The notes under the pieces were generated by a model. That model was not told where the DNA came from. It searched no databases and saw only the letters and a program-made list of their open reading frames with translations. Of a DNA stretch of 64,000 nt, positions 14,600 through 28,394 are shown in pieces (the first letter of the stretch is position 1; each line of letters starts with the position of its first letter). The translations under genes and the position numbers were made by a program. The DNA comes from Octopus vulgaris (taxonomy: Eukaryota), in NCBI GenBank assembly GCA_951406725.2, contig OX597814.1, positions 166,222,001 to 166,286,000 of the forward strand, read 5' to 3'.

Positions 14600-15020
14600 T
14601 TCATCTTTTCTTTTACTTGTTTCAGTCATTTGACTGTGATCATGCTGGGGCACTGTCTTGAAGGGTTTTTTAGTCAAACAAATCAACACCTGGACTCAGT
14701 ATTTTTTTAAAGCCTAGTACTTATTGTTTCATTCTCTTTTACTGAACTGCTAAACTACAGGAACATAACCTCGCCAACACTGGTTGTCAAGAGGTGATAA
14801 GGGGACAAACACAAACACACACACACACACACACACACACGCGTGCACGCATGCACACACTTGATGGGTTTCTTTCAGTTTTTGTCTATCAAATCTACTC
14901 ACAAGGCTTGGGTCAGCCTGAGGTTATCGTAGAAGAAACTTGCTCAATGTGCCATGTTGTGGGACTGAACCACGAACCATGTGGTTAGAAGCAAGCTTCT
15001 TACCACACAGCCACACCTGC
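14600..15020 (-). mobile_element. tRNA-derived SINE, inverted relative to 13718-14255
   Basis: reverse-complement match to the 58703 family. Confidence 0.75.
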
Positions 15021-18000
15021 ACTTATAATCATGCAGCCATGCTTGTGTCTATTGAGATTTTTATGTCTTTTCTACATTTGTTATTTGCTACATTATCCGT
15101 GTATGTGGATTATAGATTCAATCACTGCCTGCTGACTGCGTGAGGGGAGTTATAAAGAAAAAAGAACAAAATTAATTACAATGATTTATAAATGGAAATA
15201 GACAGTATGTGTTGAATGAAAAAGTTATGCAATGGTAACAGCTGAAGTGAAAGGGGGTTGTGGAGAGCAAGTTTAGGATTAGTTAGAAATCAGCAAACCA
15301 ACTATGCGGCAATGTAGAACTGTTCAACTTGATGTTAACATTTCTCAGTCAAGGACAAAGGGATAGCATTTCAAATAAAGTTTGACATTTTTGTTGGCAG
15401 TTTTTGTTAAGTCACTAAAATATTATGTAATAACAGAGTATGTGAATATACTGGTGGAAATGATTGATCTTCCTACACCTTTTCAACAACACCATCCCTT
15501 TCATCATCATCATCACATCTGCAACATTTTAACATTTTCAGTGCTGGTGAAAAGTTTCATTCAAATCTTGATAACGTTATGATTTTAACCTACTCTTTAC
15601 ATGCAGCTGGTGGAGATTAGCTGTTGTAGTCTACTCCAAGTTTCTTCACTGCCTTCTTTTCGTCCAGTTCATTTTTAATCAACAACTTACTTTTTGTGAT
15701 ACATTTCAGAGATTATAAATTTCTGTGATTAGTTGTTATCTACTTCTATATATATATATATATATATATTCTAACTATTTTTATGTAATGAATCTATTTT
15801 TGAAAAAAGGTTAATGACAGCATGTTCTACTGGACTTCTGTTCCTTTGACCTTTACATTGAACCAAGTTACAATATTTGAGTTGTGTTACTAGGTAAGGC
15901 AACTACTGCCTTATTGATAACAGGTTTCATTCTTCATGGTTAAGTCTTTTGTTATTATTATTTATCTCCAGATAAGACTCATCAAGTAGACCTATTATCA
16001 AAAGCATTCCAGCTTTGACTATCTCATTATTAATTCAAACAGTGTATATTAGGCTATATTACCAAATGTGGTCTATATTTTAAAAAGACAATTGGAGGAG
16101 ATTTAGCTGCTATTTCCAGATCTAATGACCACATAGAGGCATCATTTCTGGCTCTAAATATGTACACATATTTGAAGTAACTGTATTTAAATATCCAATA
16201 GCTTGAGGGGGAAAAAAGCTATAAATAGAATTAAAGCTGTTAAGGTGTGGTAAAAAGTTTTCTTCCCAACCACATGGTCCTGGGTTCAGTGCTACTGCAT
16301 GGTACAGTGGGCAAGTGTCTTTTACTTAGCTCCAAGTTGACAAAGCCTTGTTGGTGGGTTTGGTTGATGGAAACTGAAAGAAGCCTGATTTTGGTTTGTT
16401 TACATCCCTGTAACTTAGCAGTTCAGCAAAAGAGACCAATAGAGTAAGTACCAGGCTTAAAAAGAGAGATAAGTACTGGTGTTGATTTGTTTGACTAAAA
16501 CCCTTCAAGGTGGTGTTCCAGTATGGTTGTTCTCTAATGACTGGCATAAGTAAAGGAAGATGAATTAGCCTTGTTTTGAAATTTATATTTTGATATATAG
16601 AATTTGTTAGAGTATCATCTTTGTCATGTTGTGGATACTATAGCTATTCATTTCTTTGTAATAGTATTAGTACAAATTCTGAATAAATAACAGCACGAGA
16701 GTGGATAGAATAAGACCTATTGTTAACAGAAAAATGGATAGAGTAATAGAGGTAATCAGAATATGTGACCAAAATGATTAAGCTTAGACTAGTTATAGAT
16801 ATGACAATAGTGGTCTCTACATAGATGTTGCAACAGAACATCATTTTCAAGGTGGAACTTGGTGGTGAATTGGCAGAGGCTTTACAACATGAGGCAAAAT
16901 GCCTTGCACTATCTATGATAATGATAATGAAATTATTGTATATAGTGCTCAGGTGCACCACAATCTATTCCAGCTCTCTGCACTTTGAGTTAAACCCCAC
17001 CATGGTCAACTTTGCTGTTTCTCTTTTTGGGATTGTTAAAATAAAGTATTAGTGCAGGTGGGTTAGCAGAATTGTTAGAAGACCCTGTGGTATTTGTTCC
17101 GGTTCTTTGTGTTCTGATTTGAGGATAAATTGTGGTTACGGACACTGCCTTTCTTTCCTAGAATAACCAATAAAAAAAAAAATGTTTTATATATTTTGCC
17201 TGTGGTATTGTCATCATAGCCAGGTGCTCTCCAGAAGTTCTGATCTCATGTTGATTCTTATTGAAGCCATTTTACTATTTCAACTCAATTGAAACATTGA
17301 ACTTTTATTGGAAACAGCCACTTCTCTGCATATGCTCCACCTGCAGAACTGACAACTCAGCAAAAGAACTATTTCTATATGGTCTTCTCATAAACTTCTT
17401 TGATAATAGGTAGTAGTGACTGCATTGTAGCTGGAGACTTTAATGAATTGTTGTAGTTTAGCTTAGTGTTGACTGAGCAGATGTATAATAAGATGGATTC
17501 AAGCTGTGATCATCCTGTCTGTAAAAACATAATCTCTGTTTCTGATATCCAGTGCATCCTTCTCAATGTTTAAAGGCAAAAGGGATATGTTTGAGAGAGA
17601 TTTGTTTGCTATTTTTCACCACATTGAGTGATCATGTAGTTATTTACTGATGTGAGATAAGTAAATCACTAAGATTTTTATATCTACATGAATTGTTGAT
17701 GTTAAATAACTTTACAACTGATTATTTCTTCCAATGTGTGATGTTATGAGTTACATTTGTTTTCCAGATAATCTTATTGCAGTAATTAAACCAGTGTTTA
17801 TTGTCGAGCTGGAACTCTAGAATTTACAGTTAGTTTTACATTACAGATCCATATCTATTGCCAACTTGATTCTACACCTCATCATGAGTAATCCCTTCCT
17901 ATTTCATACTCCATAGAATGACCCAGAAAAATAGTTCACACAAACAACACTTTATAAGATAACAATACTTAAATATTTCAAGAGGGCTAGTAAAAAAAAT

Positions 18001-18230
18001 CCATTGTCTTTGAAAATTGTTTCACTAAGAATTTAACCCTTTTGGTACTTGAAATTTCCTCCAGTTCTATGTTAGAAAACTGCTTGTTTTAAAGTGTGTG
18101 TAATGTTCATATTCTTGATAATTTTATGAAATAAACTTTAATGTTCCAAACATCAGCTTAATACAGAAATAAATGTAAGTATTAGGTACTTTATTAAATA
18201 CTATTGGAGTTTTATTAATTTTCAAAATTA

Positions 18231-19127
18231 CTGTATATACTCATGTAAAAGTTTGAATTTTTTAGGCTCTTTTTTAAGGTCAAATTTATGGGGTCAACTA
18301 TTACATGGATACTACTTTTGAGGGGCTGAAATTCAAGCTAGAACCCAAAGTACCATGTTAGTAGTAGAAACCCAACTGATGTCTAAGTGAATAAAAACAA
18401 AAACACAATGAATTACAGTAATATTACCAATTCTATACATCCAACCACATTTTCTAGTAAATAACAAAACAGTGGTGTTTGTTGTTATTCACTGATAGTG
18501 CTGTCTGTGAAACATATTTCTCACCATGTAAACAGATGAGCGTATGACACATGTGTTTATTGTATTTGGGAATGAATGAAGAAAATATAAAGGTTGCATG
18601 GGAACCACTGATCTAGCGATTACTTGAATGTTTTTAGGCTTATCAAAGTCCCGCCTTTGTATGAATTCAGACAGTGGCATTTGTCAATGTTCACCAATAG
18701 TGCTGTCTTGTGTTTCTCACTATGTAAACTACGAGTGTATAATGCTTGTGTTTATTGTGCTTGAAGATGTATGCAGGCTTGCAACATATCCTGGGCATAC
18801 ATTTTAGTATTGATGATGTAACACCCATCAACAGATGTGCAGTGCTCGCTATTAAATGGTGTTTTACTATAAGCACTGAGCATTCCATTATAAGCACTAA
18901 GCATTCCACCTGTAGAGCAGGCTACAGTAAGGTAGCCACACAATTTTGTAACTGTGTTATTTCTACATACAGGAGAATATGGTACCGTGACCCACAAATG
19001 TTGTCCTGTTGCTCATGAAATACTAGGGTTGACTTTTTTATGGGATCTATGGAAAATTCCCAATTTTTTAGCTAAAAATAGGAGGTCAACTTTTACATAA
19101 GATCAACTATTATTTGTGTATATATGG
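18231..19127. mobile_element. Tc2/pogo-like non-autonomous DNA transposon (decayed)
   Basis: TA-c(t/c)gtatatac...gtatatatgg-TA termini; subterminal 'ggtcaact.ttaca' repeats. Confidence 0.6.
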
Positions 19128-19387
19128 TAATAGAATAGTGTAGTTCATTAGAAATATGGTTATAAAAATGTTAAATAATTATACTCCTTCTCATCCCCCC
19201 TATATCCATGGAGAATCATTAGTACCCACTCAAAGGAACCAACAGTCTACACTAATCTAATGGTCTACTATTGGGATGATGAACTTTGGAACATAAGTAA
19301 TGTTTTTCAGGTAATTTCAAATTTATTTAAAAACAATGTATGCACTTCTTAATAATGCAGAACCTCTTTGTTTGTTTCATTTTTTAG

Positions 19388-19479
19388 CTGATGAAAAAAA
19401 TTGGTAATGTGAAAGCAAAACAAGTTTATGAAAAATATGTTCCACCCTTTTACAAAAAGCCCAGAGTAACAGATCCTGG
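19388..19479 (+). CDS. ADAP1: ADAP-like exon (ArfGAP C-terminal part)
   Basis: tttttag|CTG...CCTGG|gtaagt; LMKKIGNVKAKQVYEKYVPPFYKKPRVTDPG; phase 0 in, phase 2 out. Confidence 0.92.
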
Positions 19480-19809
19480 GTAAGTATTACACTTGAGTTA
19501 TATTAAAGCAAATGGAATGTTTTGATATGATTTTCCAGTTCTTGTACCCCGCCTTCTTTTGAATGTTAAATGATTTTGTTGACAATTAAGCTTTTGATTT
19601 TGACATTTTATCCTTTTACTTGTGCTCATGACCGGCATAGTGTTACAATACTTCATAAGTGAAGTATTGCTGATACAAAGCTCAACTTTAGTTGGAAATT
19701 TGATTTCCTGTAACCTTAGAATTTTCTTTCTTTCTTTTCTTTCTTTTTTTTTTTTGTTTTTTTTTGTTTTGTTTTGAACAGCATCAGTGTTCAGCACCCT
19801 TTTTAAGAA

Positions 19810-20580
19810 TGCTCTGCTCACCTTTTGAAGAAAGGGCTTGAAAAAATACTCTATATTACTTACTTAATTCCATAACTGACAAGGACTTTACTTAAATGTT
19901 GAAAAGGTGATAAATACAGAACAGACCATTACTCTCACTCATGGCTTGTGGATAAAGACAATACAGTTAGCTTTGACTGGACAAAAACTTGACATTGCAG
20001 CCTTAAGTGAAATCTTGATTTCAAGACTAGGTGTTTATTGTAAAAGCGTGTCTAGTTTTACCTTCTTTTGGAGTTACTAAAGAAGGATAGAGTAGGATAA
20101 GATTAATACTTGTTTTCTGGAGAAGATATTCCTAGCTGGTAGGTTATCTGAATCTTCTTAATAATTTGAAGATTGTAAAACCCATTGCAGCCATGAACTG
20201 ACCTACACAGATGAAATGAAGGCTAAATTCTATGAGTAACTTTACATTTCTTTATTCTGAAAACAGGCAAATTTGTTATTGCTAGTGGTTTTAATGCCAG
20301 TGTTGGTTCTAACATGGCTGTAATGAAGTCATTGAAAAATTTGGAATGGATCACCACAACTGTGATTTCTCACTATTCCATCATCAGTAGTCTTTTGCCT
20401 TCCCCTGTGTAAAAGAGCATCATAGATGTATCTTTGCTTTAAGCACTGGTACTAAATAGCTCATTGATTCTGCCATTCCATCATCATGAAAACCAACTGG
20501 AGACGACCAGGTCCATGAGTCCATCTGACTACTGAACAGATCATCATCACCAAACTCAACATTCAAACTGAATCCGGTCA
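19810..20580 (+). mobile_element. Heavily decayed RTE-like LINE endonuclease fragment
   Basis: DIAALSE-like and DEMKAKFYE-like remnants; many disablements. Confidence 0.45.
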
Positions 20581-23500
20581 TCATGATCACTGACGTTGTC
20601 ATTTAACATTTGTTTTTCATGCTGGCATGGGTTGGACACTTTCACAGGAGTCAGTAAGCCAGAGGACTGCCCATGCTCCAGTGTCTGCTTCAGTATGGTG
20701 TGTAGGTGTCTTTCCTAATGTCAACCATTTCACAAGGTGTACTGGGTGCTTTTTACATGACACTGGCACAAGAAAAGTTACCAAGTAACTTGCAAGAATC
20801 ATTTGAGGTGATGAAAGGTTAAAGTATGATAGAGGGATAAAAACAGGTGTCTTGCAGTAGATGAGATACATGGCTACCCAAGGAAGGCAAGCATAAGAGA
20901 AATGGTCCAATGAAAAAGCACATCCACAAACTACTAAACTGAAGAATGTTTATTTCCTTACCTTAGGTTTTTGAGTATGTCTCGCATAAAAAGTTTCTTA
21001 CTAAGTTTCCTACCAATGGTTGATGGATTTCATCCATCTCTCATCTCTTAGATTAAAATCTTCCTTTCAGATCACACCATCACAGTATAGACTGAAAGGA
21101 ACTTCTCTGATCCATCTGAGTAATACTATTTGTGTGTACCTGAAATATCTCAGCAATAGTATATTTTATCTTAATTTTTTAGTATATTTATTTTCATATT
21201 ACCTTTGGGAGTGCAGTACAAATTTTTGTGATATTTGTATCTCTGTTAATGAATACAATTAAACACAATTTTTGTTTGTTAGTTCTTAATGAAAAAACAT
21301 GGCTTCCATGACGTCAACATGCATAAAATGAATGTCATGGTCTGTCAATCAACACAAACACGTCTGCTTTCTCTAACATACACACACACATAGTCTTCAT
21401 TGGCTCGAAGTAAAAAAGAGTTGACTTTTTGATGTACACAATATTTTAATCATTTAGAAATATTTTTAACTGATTGTAATTTCAAAAATGTAAGCTGTTT
21501 ATACAGTCAGTATTTATATTTTAGCTTTCTTTAAACAGACAATATTTTTATGTTTTTTTAAAAATTATTTTCAAGCGAATGGCGATCTTTCACTTCGACT
21601 GTCTGGAATTCGTTAATTTCCGTAAAAATTTTTTATCTATTTACTTTTATTTTAAGGTGAAAGATGTATGTATGTGTATATGAAGTGGATGTGTGTGTGA
21701 AAGAGAGAGAGAGTAAGTGAAGGGGTGTATTGTCATGTATACATATAAACATCAATACATATGCATACATTTTTGTTTGTACGTGTGCATGTGTGTGTGA
21801 GAGAGAGAGAAAGTGAGTAAGTGAACATGTGTGTTCTCATGTATGTATAAGTAGCACTCTCTCTCTCCCTCACACACGTACATGAACAAAACCAGATGAT
21901 CCGGATGACAGTTCTGAGAGTCATAGTGAAAGATCACCCCAAGGGAATACCATTGCAAAACTTTCTTCAAGTGCATTCAACATATCTCAGCTCTGCAGAT
22001 TTGGTTGCTATTTCTAGCATGCCATGCTACCACATAACAGTTATTTGCGATATAGGACCTCAAATACTTGTTACATGGTAGCAGAGCATGCAAGAAATAG
22101 CAGTCGTTTATGTGTGATTTTGATGTCACATTTGTTGAAAGCATGTGAAATAACCTGGAAAAGAAAAAAAATCCACGAAACAAAACTCCGTTGCTGGGAA
22201 ACTCAGACTTTCTAGGTGAACCAATGGGTCACGTGTAGTCTAGTACTCTACTAACTCTGCCATTTCCCTCTGCCTCCCACATTCTTCCTCCTGTATATTA
22301 ACAATCTACTCATTATCATCTCTAAAAATGCTCACTCCAGATGGTTCAATTTGTAATTCCTCTTAACTATCCGCAGTTAAGATATTATTCATTGGGACAT
22401 GATAATCTTGATTCTTTCTCAATGAGACATCAATCAATTCTCATACTATGGTGGAAACAACCTTGTATCGCTCTTTCCCTAGTCATGAATAATGTACTTT
22501 CCGGTCAACCTTATTACACAGGGCTAAAACTATGCCCTACAACTAACCTTTTATCTTCAAGATCAGGAAATACCAACTCAGATGAAGTGTTGGAGCCTCT
22601 ACAAAGCTAAGTAAGATTTCGATGGCGTATAGCCCCTCCCTATCTGGGATGGTACTGCTATACATGGATATTCCAACATTTGAGATTACATGCAGTAGAA
22701 GGCCATCCTACATTGCAAAGATTCACTCACTGACTTCTAAACCATGATGACTTTGTCACTTTTTGCCTGTCCTTTCATTATCACAATAGTCATTGATGAC
22801 TAAATATTGTAAGATATTTAATCTACCACTCTGCTGTTTATATATAGGTGTGGCTGTGAAGGTTGCTTTATGTCCAGATAGTTTTCAGTACCATGCCACT
22901 GCATAGCAGTTTGAGCAAGTATTTTTGGTGAAATTTAGTAGATAGAAACTACATAGAAGCCACTCACTGTAAATTATGTCTAATAGCTTAGTTTTAAAGT
23001 GTGAAGTCTACTGAAATAAAACTACCTTATTTGAAAAACAAAGGTCAGTGACTGGAAAGGCAGCCAACTGTAGAAAACTACCTCCAATAAGTCTCATGCA
23101 ACTGATGCCAGCATGGAAGAAGTGGACATAAAAAAAAACAATGATGATAATATGTGTAAATCAATATCAGTAAAATTATTTTTTCTTTCTTTTGAATGTT
23201 AGTTTCTCTCAATGCAAAATGCCATAAAGACACCAAATTGGAAAGTCTTTTGTAAATTATATTTGTTTTGGTTATAGATACACAACAAATGGCTTTTGTA
23301 CTTTATAATATACAATAACATTACAAAGTATAAACATAAGTCACTATAAGCTTAAGCAGTGTAGTTATGGTTGTAATGATATTAAAATTGTGTCTCTCAA
23401 CACGACCTCTAGTCAAAATATCTTGCCAAACATATGAATCCAAAAGATCTGCTTTGATATTGTTTTATTTGCAGTGGTTGTTTGTAGGGCAATCTTGAGT

Positions 23501-23644
23501 AATTCCTGAACTGGGTTGATAGTTCATATTTGACATCCAGTTAGAGCCATTTGTACTCTGTTCTAGAGAAAACCTGAGCAACTTCTCTTTCTTTGTTCCT
23601 TTTCAGTCTGTGTTTTTATGTCATTATTTTTTTTTCTATCCCAG

Positions 23645-23840
23645 TGTACTGAAAACAGAGTGGATCTATGCTAAATACAAACGCTTTGAATTCGATGATC
23701 CTCAACATCAAAATGAATATTTGAAGGAAACAAAAGAAGGTATTTTGATGAAAAGAGGAAAAGAAAATCAAAAGTTTAAGCCAAGACGATTTTTGCTCTC
23801 TCGATCTGAAAATCTTTTAAAATATTTTAATAAGGAGAAC
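23645..23840 (+). CDS. ADAP1: ADAP-like exon (ArfGAP end, start of PH1)
   Basis: cccag|TGTA...GAGAAC|gtgagt; VLKTEWIYAKYKRFEF...KEGILMKRGKENQKFKPRRFLLSRSENLLKYFNKEN. Confidence 0.95.
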
Positions 23841-24398
23841 GTGAGTCTATACATTTTTTCATTTGTATATATTTTTTCTATATATTTTCTCATTTGTCTT
23901 ATAAGACAACATAACTATAATGTTTTGAAATAAATCTAATTGATTAAAGTTTTTCTTCCTATAAATTTTATACAAATGGCATATTATTGTTAGGGAGTTA
24001 TTGGGAGAAGTTATTGTTCCAAATTAAAAATATTTTGATGAAACATAGGGCAGTGAAATGACAGAATCGTTAGCACACCAGGCAAAATGCTTAGTCACAT
24101 TTTGTCTATCTTTATGTTCTGAGTTCAGATTCTGCTGAAGTTGACTCTGCCTTTCATCCCTTTTGGGGTCAATAAAAAATAAGTACCGGTTGAGCACTGG
24201 GGTCAGTGTAATCGACCTATCCCTTCCATGGTAATTGTTGGTCAATGTGTTTGACCTTTAATTTGTTAAGACCTATTGTTCTTTTAATCTTCAGGTTTTT
24301 ACTAAGTTCTTTTGCTTTTATTTGTCATTATTTTTATTGTAATTTTTGTTAGCTTTTCTCTTGTTACTCTGTATAACATTTTTAAAAACATTTTTCAG

Positions 24399-24545
24399 GC
24401 AAGCAGACCTAAAGCTGAAATTAATTTGGATAGTTTGAATGCTGTGTTTGTGCCTGAAAAGATTGGACAATTAAATGGTCTTCAAATTACATATACTGAC
24501 CGTGGATCAACCCGATGTATCTATGTTTACCACCAAGACAGCAAG
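24399..24545 (+). CDS. ADAP1: ADAP-like exon (PH1)
   Basis: tttcag|GCA...AGCAAG|gtatta; ASRPKAEINLDSLNAVFVPEKIGQLNGLQITYTDRGSTRCIYVYHQDSK; 147 nt. Confidence 0.94.
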
Positions 24546-24920
24546 GTATTAAACTGAAGGATTATTTTGAACAAATTTTCAAGCAATGTTTCTTTATATT
24601 AAAAAAAAAAATGGAGAACTAGACATAGAAGTATTAGCTATAGTCATCATCCTCATTACCATCATTGTTTTAACATCCACCTTTCCATGCTTGCATGGGT
24701 TAGATGAAATTTGTTGAGGCAAATTTTTCTATGACTGGATGCCCTTCCTGTCATCAACCTTCACCTGTTCCCAATTATGGTAATATTTCCTCATGACCAG
24801 ACATGTTTTTCCAGAAGATTGAAAACAAAGGACATCACTTGCATGAGGGTGACACTCATTTACAACTATTATGCAAAGTCATGGGAAAGAGATACTAATA
24901 CACATATACATATTATATAT

Positions 24921-25370
24921 ATGGCCCCGTGTCGGTGGCACGTAAAAGCACCATCCGTTCGTGTTCGTTGCCAGCCTCGGCTGGCCCCCGTGCCGGTGAC
25001 ACGTAAAAGCACCGTCCGTTCGTGGCCGTTTGCCAGCTCTGTCTGGCCCCGTGTCGGTGGCACGTAAAAGCACCATCCGTTCGTGTTTGTTGCCAGCCTC
25101 GGCTGGCCCACGTGCCAGTGACACGTAAAAGCACCGTCCGTTCGTGGCCGTTTGCCAGCTCTGTCTGGCACCTGTGCAGGTGGCACGTAAAAAACACCCA
25201 CTACACTCGCGGAGTGGTTGGCATTAGGAAGGGCATCCAGCCGTAGAAACACTGCCAGATCTGACTGGGCCTGACGAAGCCTTCCAGCTTCACAGACCCC
25301 AGTTGACCCGTCCAACCCATGCTAGCATGGAAAGCGGATGCTAAATGATGATGATGATGATGATGATGAT
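24921..25370 (+). mobile_element. Young CAT/TGA-tailed retroposon with GC/CpG-rich internal tandem array
   Basis: alternating ~61-bp units; 'ggttggcattaggaagggcatccagcc' segment; (TGA)n tail. Confidence 0.85.
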
Positions 25371-27119
25371 ATATATATGTCATCATCATCATTGTTTAAC
25401 GTCCGTTTTCCATGCTAGCATGGGTTGGACGTGTGTTTGTGTGTATGACAGGCTTTAGTTTCTATGTATCAAATCCATTCACATTTCAGGTAAAAAGAGA
25501 CCCCTCGTTGTAGCAATAACCACTTTCTGTGTATGTATGTGAACAATGAGAATGCATGCAATTAAAATAATGCAATATGCAGATGAACTCTTCTGGTGCA
25601 TATTTAGAGCAACACCATAAAGTCAGCCAAACTTGTCTCATGTCATACCCTACCATCATAAAAAATAAAGAACACTTTAAATAATGTGTCCTTAAACAAG
25701 CTATTTCTGAAAACAGGATGGGTTTGTCACTGCTGGAATGCCCATGATTACAGGCTTGCTTACTCAGGGTCCATATCTGGACCTACACAGCTTTTAGAGC
25801 CAGTTAGATCTCAACTGTTGACTAGAGTAGTCATTAAGATAATGATTGCTTCTTCTATATGTAGTTTTAGTTAATTGAAGTTTTTGGTTCATCAGCATGC
25901 ACTTTACTAAATTATTTTTCATGTAGCAAGCATTTCTTTCTCGGTCATTAAGTTCATTCACAAAAATCCTCTAGCCATCATCTAAGATCTTCAGTAGTTG
26001 TTAGACTATGCTTCATGTCAGACTAAACTTAAATGTTTCTAGTGTAGCCACTGTGCTACCAAAGATCAACCCCATCTCTTCAATATTCTATTCTTAATCA
26101 ATCTTAATTAATTTAAATTCTGGGAGTTGTCTTTCCCTTCCTTTGTTAGACAAGAGTTATAGATGCAATACTTGGACATATTGTTAGTGTTGTTTCTTGG
26201 GTTCACTGGGTGATTTGGGTCTCACAAAATACATCTCCAGGTGACCCAACCTGAGTTTATCAAGCCTAGGCCTGTGTCCAAGCAGCATTCTACTGACTCC
26301 TGTTGATCAACTCCTTTTGTAGCCAGAGCCATCTTGATGTCTTCTCAGTAGCCTTTATTTTGACTCTTGATAGCTCTTCTACTCACTCCCACTGCCTTCC
26401 TTGAACAGAAAGTAGCATAATTAAATGGTTTTTATAATGCCTTAATAAATGATGATTCAAAACATTTTTTGTTTTGTAAGGTTTTGTGCAATTTGATTGG
26501 GGTCCAAAACCTGTATATATGGACACACTCATGCTCTTATAAGTTTGTGTATCATGACACAAGTTCTTAAGAGAATGTCCTCTTGATATAACTTGTAGTG
26601 TGACTAAATTCTTGCTGGCAAAACAGGGAATTTTTTTTTACCAATATATTTTCTAAGAGAAAATATATCGGTAGAAGAAAGCAAAATAATTTAAATTTAC
26701 TCATCTGGTGGCTTTTAGCAGTTCTTTATGTTCTGTGACTTGTTTTCTTTAATGTGGATGACTTTTACAAACTTTAACATTTGAATTATTAAACCCAAGG
26801 TTTTTTTTTGCTTTTACTGTTAAATTTCTTTCCATTTACAACACTTTCAATCTGTCTGTAAGCACTTTAGACTAAATCCAGCAGAATAATCTTGTTTTAG
26901 CACATAATGCAAAAGCTGCCACAGACGTTTGAACTCTTGATTGCTGTTAATAGTTTTGCATTTTCGAATTACAGTTCCTGGGGGTTTATTTGATGAAGAT
27001 CACAATATTTCAGAGTTAGTTTACATTTTTTTAAAAACGCAATTTATTTAAAATATATCTGAAAAACATCTAAGTACCATTTTCTGTATTTGTCTTATTT
27101 TCAATGTTCTGTTTTTCAG

Positions 27120-27203
27120 GAAATTGTAGATTGGTACCAGTCAATAAGGGCATTGAAATTAGAACGACGTAAGATTGCCTTTCCCGACAAGAATGTATCT
27201 GAG
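27120..27203 (+). CDS. ADAP1: ADAP-like exon (PH1 C-terminal helix and linker)
   Basis: tttcag|GAA...TCTGAG|gtaaga; EIVDWYQSIRALKLERRKIAFPDKNVSE; 84 nt. Confidence 0.93.
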
Positions 27204-28050
27204 GTAAGAAGATAATCACCACCATTGTTTTAGTATTTTTTTTTCTGTGTTGGCATGGCTGGTTGAGTTTGCACAATAGCATCCCACGGGACCCAGTACC
27301 CTATTTCCCTATTTCTTCTTATAGCTTCTTAAATTCCCCTCCATCACATGCCTTCCACTGCATTTTTTTATTCAGCAAGAGCTGTTCGTTTGTGTTACTA
27401 CAGCTATATTTCCTGTTAATCCTTTTAATACCTATTTTCTTTGCTCACTTTCACCCTGACCTTGGTTTTTAAGCTCTGTTGCACAGCCATTCAGTCATTT
27501 TGAGAAATTTATTTCTAGCTCCCATAAATCTTTCAGATTCATCGCCCATTCATATTCTACTACCAAGAAATATCACATTTCTTACCCATACCTCCATTAA
27601 TCCACAGTGTTGAATTACTAATTGCTATTTTAATCCTTGCCATGTTGATCTTTAATATGTTAAAGCACTCTTCCAGATATTGAACTTTTATTGTTGTTCT
27701 TTGATAGATTCTGCATTGACAATCACCATATCGATAGATATATAAATTTTCTCAAGAAGGATCATTTATGAATAAAAGAGGGTATGGATGGAAATATTTC
27801 TGAAGTTTTACTCACTCACCAATACATTAAATTCTTCACAGAATTTACTGCCAATTCTTACTTATAGAACATGACCTAATCTACTGTCATTTAGGTCTAA
27901 TGTTCTTAGTGTTCACTTGGCACCCATCCTTATTAAGCTCTGATCTTTCTCTATATACAGGAATCTAAATCTGTCAGATATCAGATATCCATAATTTTGT
28001 CCAGTTTCCAAGATAGACATCTTCTCTGCACCTGTTAAAATTACTGACCT

Positions 28051-28394
28051 TTTCTGAGACCCCCTTCGGTCACGACACAGACCATGGGGTTACACCTAGA
28101 AAGTTACCCTCCCAGGCACAAGTACGGGCAAAGTTGTTTTATAGAAGACCAGCAGTCGCCCATGCATACTGGCCTCCCATCTCCATGCCATCAGTGTTAT
28201 CCAAGGGAAAGGCAAAGGCCGATACAGCTTGGCACCAGCGACGTCGCAACTCATTTCTACAGCTAAGTGAACTGGAGCAACGTGAAATAAAGTGTCTTGC
28301 TCAAGAACACAACATGCAGCCTGGTCCAGGATTCAAACTCACAACCTCATGATCGTAAGCTCGATGCTCTAACCACTGAGCCATGCGCCTTCAC
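28051..28394 (-). mobile_element. tRNA-derived SINE with 9-bp target-site duplication
   Basis: TSD tactgacct at 28042-28050 and 28395-28403; tRNA-like head on the minus strand (tggctcagtggttagagc...gagtttgaatcc). Confidence 0.85.

Noticed and set aside
24777-25392. Overlapping GC-rich ORFs suggesting a gene
   Set aside because: They derive from the tandem array of a multicopy retroposon; similar peptides recur at 4878, 36026 and 47430
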